DNA of 64,000 bases from contig JBAXSC010000002.1 in NCBI GenBank assembly GCA_037130925.1, positions 25,185-89,184 of the forward strand, read 5' to 3'. How positions within the stretch are numbered: position 1 is the stretch's first letter; each line of letters begins with the position of its first letter. Below, piece after piece: positions 47,801 to 55,142 of this stretch. The notes below the pieces were generated by a model. That model was not told the origin of the DNA. It did not search any database and saw only the letters and a list, made by a program, of their open reading frames with translations. The DNA comes from Candidatus Nomurabacteria bacterium (GTDB lineage: Bacteria > Patescibacteriota > Minisyncoccia > Phycocordibacterales > UBA5272). Made by a program: the position numbers and the translations under genes.

Positions 47801-48296
47801 ATACCCACCAGACTGATTCTGTATAAGTCCAATCTAGAGTTTTATAAGAATTTTCCATATCCACAAAACGTCCAAATCTAGGAATTATTTCTTTCCATTC
47901 TTTTTCATATGCAAAAACACTATCTTGCGCTTCTTTATTAAATCTATCAATACCAAAATTTTCAATTTCTTTTTTTGAATTCAAATCAAATTTTTTCTCA
48001 ATCAAATTTTCAATTGGAAGACCGTGACAATCCCAGCCCCAAACACGATGAACGTATTTACCATTCATTGTTTGATATCTCGGAATAGCATCTTTTATAG
48101 TTCCAGCCAAAAGATGACCATGATGAGGAAGTCCTGTCGCAAATGGAGGTCCATCATAAAAAGAGAAAGACTCTTTTGGTTCTTCACCTCCTGGCTTTTC
48201 TAGAGACTTTTCAAATATTTTATTCGCCTTCCAGAATTCTAAAACTTCTAATTCTTTTTCATTTATTGTTTTATTTTTGATTTGATTTGGATTCAT
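44838..48296 (-). CDS. ileS: Isoleucine--tRNA ligase (type 2) carrying an inserted histidine-phosphatase domain
   Basis: FYDGPPFATGLPHHGH (HIGH), GWDCHGLP, the editing domain, WAVSRSRYWGAPLPIW, KMSKSK. There is an extra ~190 aa at aa ~503-695 with RHGES...RAYQTA...GGES...ATHG. Confidence 0.95.
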   Translation of the reverse strand: MNPNQIKNKTINEKELEVLEFWKANKIFEKSLEKPGGEEPKESFSFYDGPPFATGLPHHGHLLAGTIKDAIPRYQTMNGKYVHRVWGWDCHGLPIENLIEKKFDLNSKKEIENFGIDRFNKEAQDSVFAYEKEWKEIIPRFGRFVDMENSYKTLDWTYTESVWWVFKELSKKGLVFEGHKSMHICPRCETTLAQSEVTQNYKDLTDISVTAKFELEGEENTFVLAWTTTPWTLPGNVALAVNKEIEYVKVEASDSNFYIVAKERAEEIFKKQNLEFKIVEEFSGEKIIGKKYKPVFNYFVDAKLENKENIYTIVDAEFVSIDTGTGVVHIAPAFGEDDLNLGKEKKLPIIKHVGMNGEFTKDITDFAGMKVKKAGDNQSADIAIIKYLAEKKLLFAKEKLVHSYPTCWRCDTPLLNYATSSWFIDVPKIKNNLLATNANINWNPENIRDGRFGKWLEGAREWAVSRSRYWGAPLPIWKENDGDEVVVIGSLKELAEMNSCKPKNEYYVMRHGESIHNVEGIEETVMDPKDVLTELGIAQVEDSKKKNEIDFDVIVSSAFPRAYQTAGIMAGEKEVIIYEYFNEIDLGTYNGKTPKEMLNDFGKNYLKLKTKIGGGESHGDVMNRVMLGLSKLEDKYSGKKILIATHGAPMRMMLAAGELMTEEEIIADELSNDSRLYPHFAQVRKLDLKILPRDETGNINLHRPYIDEVKLISKNGKEMTRVEYVFDCWFESGSMPYGQIHYPFENKNLFEKTFPADFIAEGLDQTRGWFYSLLNISVGLFDETSYKNVIVNGMLLAADGEKMSKSKNNFTPPMLVVEKFGADAFRQTLLSSPAMCAENIPFSDNNVEETYKKIVAKLENVLSFYEMLEVSHNFNDDLLKGFDNPLDNWIFTRLNEIIANTTKSMNEYRLDQATRPFDKFIDDLSTWWLRRSRDRLKSEDGVSAEFTLYKVLNDFSKVIAPFMPFLAERIYQSVNKENLNKKESVHLESWPKEFLVVDEKVLEEMVEVRSLVTEALMIRQKNNLPVRQPLSSVTTKIKLDEKYFEILKDEINVKEIILDEKAEYSESSNLFLDLNITEELKKEGEYRELTRKVKDLRKENNLVASDIVSLLVKTNQERKDFILTFKEELMKDCKLSDVEFEESEKEEMVIVK

Positions 48297-48320
48297 AGTT
48301 TTTAATTTAAATTTTGATAA

Positions 48321-48608
48321 TTACTCACCTTTGATAGCGGATTCAATATCAAATCCTTTTTTCCAAAACGGAGCTGAGCTTGATATCATAAAACAAAAAA
48401 ACTTTGCTTTTAAAAAAGAAATTTTTCTTTCACGCATTTTTTTATATACCATTCCTAAATATTCTTTCTTTGTACCTTGAAAGCATATTTTTCCATCCTT
48501 AAAACAATATGAACAGAAATTTTTATTTTCTCTGATACCATCATCTGACTTTTTTGGCATTAAACATACTACGCACTGCTCATTCTTATTACATTGTTCT
48601 TTTGTCAT
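48321..48608 (-). CDS. Zinc-ribbon domain protein (95 aa)
   Basis: MTKEQCNKNEQCVVCLMP...FCSYCFKDGK resembles the 'putative zinc ribbon' (Zn_ribbon_2-like) family. It is the first ORF after the T-box leader. Start set to the ATG at 48608. Confidence 0.6.
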   Translation of the reverse strand: MTKEQCNKNEQCVVCLMPKKSDDGIRENKNFCSYCFKDGKICFQGTKKEYLGMVYKKMRERKISFLKAKFFCFMISSSAPFWKKGFDIESAIKGE

Positions 48609-48633
48609 ATTTTTATAAATTAAATTTTGATAA

Positions 48634-48792
48634 TAAAAAATCACCCCTGACTTTCAAGGGCGATTTTTTATTTCGCGGTACCACCTTGTTCACAAAATAT
48701 TTTCATATTTTGCCTCGTTGATTGGGCTCTACTAATCTTTCGATTTTCTTCCCAAAGCTCCGGAGTGATTAGTTCCATCAATGCTTTTATAT
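48634..48792 (-). promoter_or_regulatory. T-box riboswitch leader (tRNA-Ile-responsive, transcription-termination type)
   Basis: On the minus strand the antiterminator is CAAGG-UGGUACC-GCGA-AAUAAAAAA-UCGC-CCUUG. It contains the T-box core GGUGGUACCGCG (48674-85). The competing 11-bp terminator is AUCGCCCUUGA-AAG-UCAGGGGUGAU plus U6 (48634-64). Stem III is CAAAAUAU-GAAA-AUAUUUUG. AUC triplets occur in the Stem I region (48742-44 and 48720-22). The promoter is TTGTAG-16-TGATATTAT (48797-48824). Confidence 0.85.
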
Positions 48793-48833
48793 TTCTATAA
48801 TATCATAAAAATATAAAGCTACAAAATATAATT

Positions 48834-49127
48834 TTAATTAGACATGTGTTTGAAATAGTTTTCCCATGTCTCATTATAAATCTTTTCAAATTCTTCCAGA
48901 GAAAAATCTGGTAAATTTTCTTTATTCTCTTTTAGAAAATTAAAAACTTTCTCATCTTCAGATATTTCGTTTATTTTTAATTTTAATTCTTCTGAAATAT
49001 TTGTAGAATATTTTGAACCTATTTGTTTTGCTATAACTTTAGATACTTCAACAAAAATATCTTCTGATCTTTTTTGATCAAAACCTAAATCTTTAAGTCT
49101 TTTAATTATTTCTTCTTTATTAATCAT
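48834..49127 (-). CDS. Hypothetical protein (97 aa)
   Basis: Start moved to the ATG at 49127 (MINKEEIIKRL...) to remove the overlap with 49135..49365. Confidence 0.45.
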   Translation of the reverse strand: MINKEEIIKRLKDLGFDQKRSEDIFVEVSKVIAKQIGSKYSTNISEELKLKINEISEDEKVFNFLKENKENLPDFSLEEFEKIYNETWENYFKHMSN

Positions 49128-49134
49128 AAAATTT

Positions 49135-49365
49135 TTAATTTTCTTTATTATTACCTTTATAATAATAATGAGCACCACCGATCATTGCTGCTATTAAATA
49201 AGAAGGAATATGTAATCCTAATTTTTCTAACACAACATAAGATACTAAACCTCCTCCTACAACCAAACCAATACCTTCTGCAGTATTTTTCATCCAACTC
49301 TTATGTTTGTTTTCTAATTCTATATTCTCTTTATTTTCTATTTTGTTATATTTTATAGATTCCAT
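49135..49365 (-). CDS. Small membrane protein (76 aa)
   Basis: Two hydrophobic segments with a GxxxG-like stretch (GIGLVVGGGLVSYV, LIAAMIGGAHYY). A TGATATTAT promoter lies at 49385..49393. Confidence 0.45.
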   Translation of the reverse strand: MESIKYNKIENKENIELENKHKSWMKNTAEGIGLVVGGGLVSYVVLEKLGLHIPSYLIAAMIGGAHYYYKGNNKEN

Positions 49366-49399
49366 AATAATATTTTATATAGTTATAATATCATAAATT

Positions 49400-49819
49400 C
49401 TAAAGGTCTTTCTGATGCTCGTAAACTTTTGAATACTTTGATGTTACAAATCCATGTTTTTTGTAAAAGTTTAAAGATTCTTCTGTAGCATTTAAGAAAA
49501 TCCATTTCATTCCTAATCTTTTTACTAAATCTTCAAAATGATTTAATAATTTTCTGCCATAACCAAGACTTCTTTTTTCTGGATCTGTAGCAATATGCCA
49601 AATAATACATCCTTTATGAATTAATTTTTCAGAAAGTAAAACTGAAATTAAAATATCGTCTTCAAATAATCCCAAAGCAATACATTTTTCTTTACTTTCT
49701 AAAACATCACCTACCCATCCAGGACCAGGATACTCACCATAAGCATTACGAAGAATGTCTTGTTGTAAAATTTTTAAAACATCATTTAAATTTTCTTTTT
49801 CTAAATTTTTAATTTCCAT
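49400..49819 (-). CDS. GNAT family N-acetyltransferase
   Basis: ...IWHIATDPEKRSLGYGRKLLNHFE...NFYKKHGF. Confidence 0.75.
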   Translation of the reverse strand: MEIKNLEKENLNDVLKILQQDILRNAYGEYPGPGWVGDVLESKEKCIALGLFEDDILISVLLSEKLIHKGCIIWHIATDPEKRSLGYGRKLLNHFEDLVKRLGMKWIFLNATEESLNFYKKHGFVTSKYSKVYEHQKDL

Positions 49820-49823
49820 ATTT

Positions 49824-51632
49824 TTACATTCTCTCTACTTCTTTTATTCCAATAATATTCATTCCAAATTTCAAAACTTTTGTAAATGATTTTAATAAAT
49901 ATAAATTATGTTTTGTTTTTTCTAAATTATTCTCATCAAGAATTTTTTCTTTTGCATAAAAAGTATTAAATGCTTGAGTTAATTCAAATAAATATTTAAC
50001 TATCAATTGTGGAGCAACTTCTTCAATAGCTTTTTTAGTAATAGCTTCAGATTGAATTATTTTTTTCATCAAAGGTAAAGACTCTACGCTTTCTAAATTA
50101 TTTACAGAATCATCTATTTCTATACCAGATTTTTCTATAATAGAATTCGCACGAGCATAAGTATAAAGCAAATATGGACCAGTTGCTCCATCAAAATTCA
50201 ATGAAGTATCAGGATCGAAATCAATATTTAATCCTGGCTTTGATTTTAAAACTGAAATACGAAGAGCTGAAAGAGAAATCTTTTTTAAAAGATCTACTTT
50301 TTCTTCTTCAGATAAAGCTTTTATTTTTTCTGTATTTAATTTTTCTTTTGCTTTACTTTCTGTAATCTCAAAAATATCTTCAAGCAATAAAGCATTACCT
50401 AGTCTTGTAGACATTTTCTCTCCTTTGATTGTCATTCTTCCGTGTGTCACATGAATACTTTTTTCACTTATATTTTTCCAATCTTCATTTATCTTTTTTG
50501 CAGCATCGAGCACAACTTCAAAATGAGGAATTTGTTCATGATCTGTGACAAAGAAATTATAATCAAAAGGAAAATATTCATATTTGAGCTGTAAAAGACC
50601 TAGATCTTTCGCCTCATATGTTGGATGCCCTTCACTATTTATAAATACTGATTTAATAGTCTCGTCACTCTCATTATTTTTCTTTCTCTTTGTATCGTAA
50701 ACTATTGCTCCTCCTTCGCCAACTTCAAAAACTTCTTTCTCTGACTCGAGATTCATATTTTCTTTCACTATCGCCTCACCTCTTATTCCTGCCTCTGACT
50801 CATAAATCAAATTATCAAAAGTTGAACCTAAATCCCCTACTATATTTTTAAAATAATTAACATTTACTTCTTTTGATTTTTCAAAAAGTTTATAATCTTC
50901 TGTCTCTCTATTTTTTCCAAAAAGATTTTGAGCAACTTTTAATATTTCACTTTGTTTATCTGGATTCTCATCATAAAATCTCACACCTTCTACATAGCTA
51001 TCACCTAAAATTTTTATAATATTTTCATCTTCAAATGATAAATCTTTTTTATTTTTTAAAATATAAATAGCTTTTGCAATACCAAGAGAAATATCAGATG
51101 GAAAAGAAATTGTTTTTAAATCAGCATTAGTCGCCTTCATCATTCTAACAAGAGACTCACCGATGCTATTATTCATAAACAATCCAATATTAAATGGCTT
51201 GAAAAGATTTGGGGAAGAATGCTCTACTAAGACTTTTTTATTTGTAAATTTTGTCTCAATAATTTTCAAATCAGAAACTCTTTTTACTTCTGAAGAAGTA
51301 AGATCTGACTTTAAGAAAATATTTATAAATCCATTCGGTGCAACATTTACTTCTTTTATTATTTTTGAAAACTCTTTACCTTCTTCTATATTTAAATTAA
51401 TTTCTTTTAATATTTCATCTGTAATTTCTTTCAAATTTTTACCAGTCTTTTTTACTAAAATTAAAGCAACATTTACTGAGACATCTCCGAATTTATTATT
51501 CACCTCATCTATAAATGAGACGTCAAATTTAAATTGTTCAAATCCTTCCCCTTCCAATTCAGAAGAAGATATATAGTTCAAACTACAGCAGATATTAGCT
51601 ATTTCTTTTTTAATTTGTTCAAGTAAAGTCAT
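49824..51632 (-). CDS. argS: Arginine--tRNA ligase homologue with degenerate signature motifs
   Basis: 602 aa. ArgRS blocks are present: VLVEHSSPNLFKPF..., SEGHPTYEAKDLGLL, FFVTDHEQIPHF, KMSTRLGN, and a C-terminal DALR-type anticodon-binding region. However, the HIGH-region reads PFNIGLFMNN and the 'DWGTQ' block reads SDISLG. Confidence 0.8.
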   Translation of the reverse strand: MTLLEQIKKEIANICCSLNYISSSELEGEGFEQFKFDVSFIDEVNNKFGDVSVNVALILVKKTGKNLKEITDEILKEINLNIEEGKEFSKIIKEVNVAPNGFINIFLKSDLTSSEVKRVSDLKIIETKFTNKKVLVEHSSPNLFKPFNIGLFMNNSIGESLVRMMKATNADLKTISFPSDISLGIAKAIYILKNKKDLSFEDENIIKILGDSYVEGVRFYDENPDKQSEILKVAQNLFGKNRETEDYKLFEKSKEVNVNYFKNIVGDLGSTFDNLIYESEAGIRGEAIVKENMNLESEKEVFEVGEGGAIVYDTKRKKNNESDETIKSVFINSEGHPTYEAKDLGLLQLKYEYFPFDYNFFVTDHEQIPHFEVVLDAAKKINEDWKNISEKSIHVTHGRMTIKGEKMSTRLGNALLLEDIFEITESKAKEKLNTEKIKALSEEEKVDLLKKISLSALRISVLKSKPGLNIDFDPDTSLNFDGATGPYLLYTYARANSIIEKSGIEIDDSVNNLESVESLPLMKKIIQSEAITKKAIEEVAPQLIVKYLFELTQAFNTFYAKEKILDENNLEKTKHNLYLLKSFTKVLKFGMNIIGIKEVERM

Positions 51633-51705
51633 GATTTTATTTTTTCTCTATTTTAACAGAAAAATTGGAAATAAAAAACAAGCGAATAAGAATATCCGCC
51701 TGTCA

Positions 51706-52716
51706 TTACTCTTCTTTTTGGATTAACTCGACAACTGTTTCCGCCTTTTTAAAACAATTATCCGATATCCATTTTTTGATTCTGCCTGTAGCATTGATAT
51801 AACTTAGAGCGCTGGTCATATCTTTAGTCCTTTCGATTTTAATTCTACTCAAAGTACTCCTATTCAAATCATAATTTTCTGGAGGAGGAAACATTGATGA
51901 TTGACCATCTAATTCTTGTTGTTTAGTTAAACAAAACTCTTTCGTTTTTTTAATATTATACTTATGACTTACACAATGATTAATATAAGTTTTCAGAGTT
52001 TCCTCATCATAAGCTTTATTTATCGAAACAGAGTAATCATAAAGAGTAGTGAATGCTAACAAAATAGAATAGTTTACACCTTTTTCAGTTTCCGTACCTT
52101 TCATCATTTCTTGAATAGAAATAGGTAATCTAGAAAATCTAATTGCAGAAGAAAGCCAAGAAACACTTTTACCAATATATTCTTCAGAAAACTTTTTGAG
52201 AGTCAGCTTTTCATTTTTCTTTTTAAGTTTTACCCAAAAAGATACAGCTGAATTTACAGCATCAAATTGAGAAAGCTCTTCTCTGATGATGTTTTCAGCT
52301 AATTGCCATTTTATACCCTCTTTAAAAGTTTTACCGAAAGATATTTTAGTAACATAATCTACACCCAACTCTCTGCAAGCAATCAATCTTCCTTCTCCAG
52401 CTATCAAGAAAAAATAAAAATCTTCTTCTTTTTCTTTTACAAATACTGTAAAAAAATCTGAAATTTTATAATCCATATCCCAAAGGTCATTCAATTCTTG
52501 TAAATATTTATCTGCTTCTTCTTTATTAAAAGCATAAACACTTCCAGGAGTTTCTTGTCCGCTAGATTTTATAGAATTAATAAGCTCAGAAAGATTTTCT
52601 TTTGACCTTGAAGACCTGCTTTGTTTTAATACTTGAACTAAGTGTACAGGAATTTCTACCAGGAAAGAATTTTCTTTCCTGTATTCATTTTCGGAAAGAG
52701 AAAAACTTTTAATCAT
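51706..52716 (-). CDS. ParB/Srx-fold (ParB N-terminal-like) domain protein
   Basis: ...LSELINSIKSSGQETPGSVYAF...FFLIAGEGRLIACRELGVDYV resembles the ParB N-domain GxxRxxA box. The C-terminal region is unassigned. Confidence 0.5.
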   Translation of the reverse strand: MIKSFSLSENEYRKENSFLVEIPVHLVQVLKQSRSSRSKENLSELINSIKSSGQETPGSVYAFNKEEADKYLQELNDLWDMDYKISDFFTVFVKEKEEDFYFFLIAGEGRLIACRELGVDYVTKISFGKTFKEGIKWQLAENIIREELSQFDAVNSAVSFWVKLKKKNEKLTLKKFSEEYIGKSVSWLSSAIRFSRLPISIQEMMKGTETEKGVNYSILLAFTTLYDYSVSINKAYDEETLKTYINHCVSHKYNIKKTKEFCLTKQQELDGQSSMFPPPENYDLNRSTLSRIKIERTKDMTSALSYINATGRIKKWISDNCFKKAETVVELIQKEE

Positions 52717-52820
52717 GATAAAAATTTTTAATTAATAAATAACGATACCTCTCTAATGATAATATAAATCGTAATTCAAAATCAATATTGCGGAAAAAAT
52801 GAAAAATGTTGATATAAAAT

Positions 52821-52848
52821 AAAAATCACCAATTTCTTGGTGATTTTT
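52821..52848. terminator. Intrinsic terminator after rplK
   Basis: AAAATCACCAA-TTTC-TTGGTGATTTT. Confidence 0.75.
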
Positions 52849-52858
52849 ATTTAGAAAT

Positions 52859-53284
52859 TTATTTAACTTCCAATCCCATACTTCTAGCACTTCCTTCAAT
52901 GATTTTCATTGCTTGCTCTACAGTATTTGCATTTAAATCAGCCATTTTGATTTCTGCAATTTCTCTAATTTTATCTTTAGTGATAGTTCCAGATTTTGAA
53001 ACCTTATTCTTTGCAGATCCAGATTTGATTCCAGCTCCTTCTTTTAATAAATAAGATGCTGTTGGAGTTTTGATAACATAGTCATATGTTCTATCCTCGT
53101 AAACATAAATCTTTACTGGAAGAGTTCCTTTCATATCTTTCGTAGCAGCATTGAATTTGTTGACGAAATCACCAATCTGAACACCAGCTTGTCCAAGAGC
53201 AGGTCCAAGTGGAGGAGCAGGCATAGCTTTACCAGCCTCGATCTCAACCTTTACGTATTTTAATATTTTTTTTCCTTTAGCCAT
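52859..53284 (-). CDS. rplK: 50S ribosomal protein L11
   Basis: KVEIEAGKAMPAPPLGPALGQAGVQI..F...N... Confidence 0.95.
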   Translation of the reverse strand: MAKGKKILKYVKVEIEAGKAMPAPPLGPALGQAGVQIGDFVNKFNAATKDMKGTLPVKIYVYEDRTYDYVIKTPTASYLLKEGAGIKSGSAKNKVSKSGTITKDKIREIAEIKMADLNANTVEQAMKIIEGSARSMGLEVK

Positions 53285-53352
53285 ATTTTTAATATTGATT
53301 TGTGCATTCTAGCACAGTTCTTGTAAATCTCAAAACAGAATTTTTAAATTGA

Positions 53353-53898
53353 TTACATCTTCTTAACTTGTAAAAAGTCTAACTCGAGAGGAGTCTCTCG
53401 ACCAAACATTGAAACAAGAACTTTTAATTTACCTCTAGATTTGTCGACTTCTGCAACTTTACCTTCATAATCCTTAAATGGACCATCAGTAATAGATACA
53501 ATTTCCCCTTCGACAATAGAAATATCGTGAACTGTCTCAGCATCTTTCATTCTAGAAAAGATATATTCTAATTCTTTCTTAGCAAGAGGAACAGGAGTTG
53601 TACCACTTCCTACGAATCCAGTAACACGAGGAGTATTTCTAACTTGATACCAAGAATCATCATCCACAATCATATCAACTAAAACATATCCTGGATAAAT
53701 TTTTTCCTCTACCTCCACTCTTTTAGTACCTTTAACTTTTATTTTCTTTTCAACAGGAACGATAACATCAAAAATTTTTTCCTCCAATCCTAATGAGTGA
53801 ATTCTTTGTTTTAAATTACGAAGTACAGCATTTTCATATCCACTATATGTATGCACAGCATACCAATGTCTATCCCCACCCAGTTCTTGTTTTGCCAT
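53353..53898 (-). CDS. nusG: Transcription termination/antitermination factor NusG
   Basis: HWYAVHTYSGYENAV (NGN domain) and the KOW motif GEIVSITDGPFKDYEGKV. Confidence 0.93.
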   Translation of the reverse strand: MAKQELGGDRHWYAVHTYSGYENAVLRNLKQRIHSLGLEEKIFDVIVPVEKKIKVKGTKRVEVEEKIYPGYVLVDMIVDDDSWYQVRNTPRVTGFVGSGTTPVPLAKKELEYIFSRMKDAETVHDISIVEGEIVSITDGPFKDYEGKVAEVDKSRGKLKVLVSMFGRETPLELDFLQVKKM

Positions 53899-53921
53899 AT
53901 ATTTATTTTTATTTTTTTAAA

Positions 53922-54095
53922 TTATTTAAAAAACAAAACAGCGAAAATATTGTCTAACCAAAAAAGAACTATTGCCACAAATACAGAAATAAGAATAACG
54001 AGAACAGTGTGATTAATAGTTGCTTTTTTTGTTGGCCAAACCACATGGACAAGCTCTGCTTTAACTGATTTTAAATAATTGATAATACTATTCAT
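53922..54095 (-). CDS. secE: Preprotein translocase subunit SecE (57 aa)
   Basis: MNSIINYLKSVKAELVHVVWPTKKATINHTVLVILISVFVAIVLFWLDNIFAVLFFK. It is below the track cutoff. It has the canonical position upstream of nusG and a TGTGCTAGAAT promoter upstream. Confidence 0.85.
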   Translation of the reverse strand: MNSIINYLKSVKAELVHVVWPTKKATINHTVLVILISVFVAIVLFWLDNIFAVLFFK

Positions 54096-54142
54096 AAGTT
54101 TTTTAATTAATAAATTGATTCTAGCACAAATTTTTCATTTTT

Positions 54143-54162
54143 AAAACGCCTCTCGGCGTCTT
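54143..54162 (-). terminator. Intrinsic terminator after 54215..55048
   Basis: On the minus strand: AAGACGCC-GAGA-GGCGTTTT. Confidence 0.65.
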
Positions 54163-54214
54163 AAAATTATGCTTATAATATACTCCTTTTATAAAAGGAA
54201 GTCAAATAATTTAA

Positions 54215-55048
54215 TTATCTTATTTGATAGACAATAGAAATATTAGATGTTATTTTTTGTTCACCTGACATAATACTTGCATTAGGAGCAGAAACACCTA
54301 CTGAGTCAGACATTGAAGACTTGTATACCATAGGAGAATAACCCTGATTAGAAGAATCATCAGAGTAAGAAATTATTTTTTCAATTTCTATCCCTAGAGA
54401 TTTAGATAAAGATTTCGCCTTTTCTTTTGCGTCTAAGATAGCTTTGTCGCGAGCCTCATCTTTTATTTTATTAATATCATCCACTTCTAAATTCGGACCA
54501 GAAATTTCTGTAATCTTAGCATCAGCTAACGCTGCTAAAACTTTTCCCACATTTGCGGTATCACGAACTTTTATATTAACACTTTCTGAGGCTTCATATC
54601 CTACAACTTTACTTGTACTACAAGGTATAGGAGGATAAATACTAGAACTTATACCAGGACAAGCTTGTGATCCATATTTAGGATTTACAGAATAATCTGT
54701 TGTCTTAATATCTTTATCTTCAATCCCTAAAACCTTTAACTTAGAAACAACGTTATCTACAGATACTTTAATATCACTTTGTAGCTTTTGTGTATCGTTA
54801 CTTTCATTAGAAGATCTGGCCGTAAAAGAAATAGTAGAAATATCTGGCACAGCATACACCTCTCCTGTTCCTGTAATAGTTAAAGCCCTTGGACTTGTAT
54901 AGTCGCCATAAATTTTTACAGCAGAAACAATACCAAAATAAATTGCTAAGAATAAAACTACAATAACCATTACAAATACTATTCTCTTTTTACAAACACA
55001 TTTTTCATCACCCATCATATTACAAAGTTTACATTTTCCTTGATCCAT
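54215..55048 (-). CDS. SIMPL-domain (DUF541) protein, membrane anchored, with an N-terminal Cys cluster
   Basis: LTITGTGEVYAVPDISTISF...DIKTTDYSVNPKY... matches the SIMPL pattern. N-terminus CKLCNMMGDEKCVCKK, followed by a TM helix. Confidence 0.7.
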   Translation of the reverse strand: MDQGKCKLCNMMGDEKCVCKKRIVFVMVIVVLFLAIYFGIVSAVKIYGDYTSPRALTITGTGEVYAVPDISTISFTARSSNESNDTQKLQSDIKVSVDNVVSKLKVLGIEDKDIKTTDYSVNPKYGSQACPGISSSIYPPIPCSTSKVVGYEASESVNIKVRDTANVGKVLAALADAKITEISGPNLEVDDINKIKDEARDKAILDAKEKAKSLSKSLGIEIEKIISYSDDSSNQGYSPMVYKSSMSDSVGVSAPNASIMSGEQKITSNISIVYQIR

Positions 55049-55142
55049 AGATTTTTTAAATTATTTTTATTAATAACTTAATTTTAGCATAATAAAAAAA
55101 TAAGAGTTAAAAATCTTAACCCTTATTTTTAATATATTTTTA

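Noticed and set aside
48665-48775. A 36-codon minus-strand ORF (MELITPELWEENRKISRAQSTRQNMKIFCEQGGTAK) in a GC-richer patch. It was first considered as a gene fragment or pseudogene.
   Set aside because: The same nucleotides form the T-box leader (Stem I, Stem III, GGUGGUACCGCG core). The RNA element explains the sequence better.
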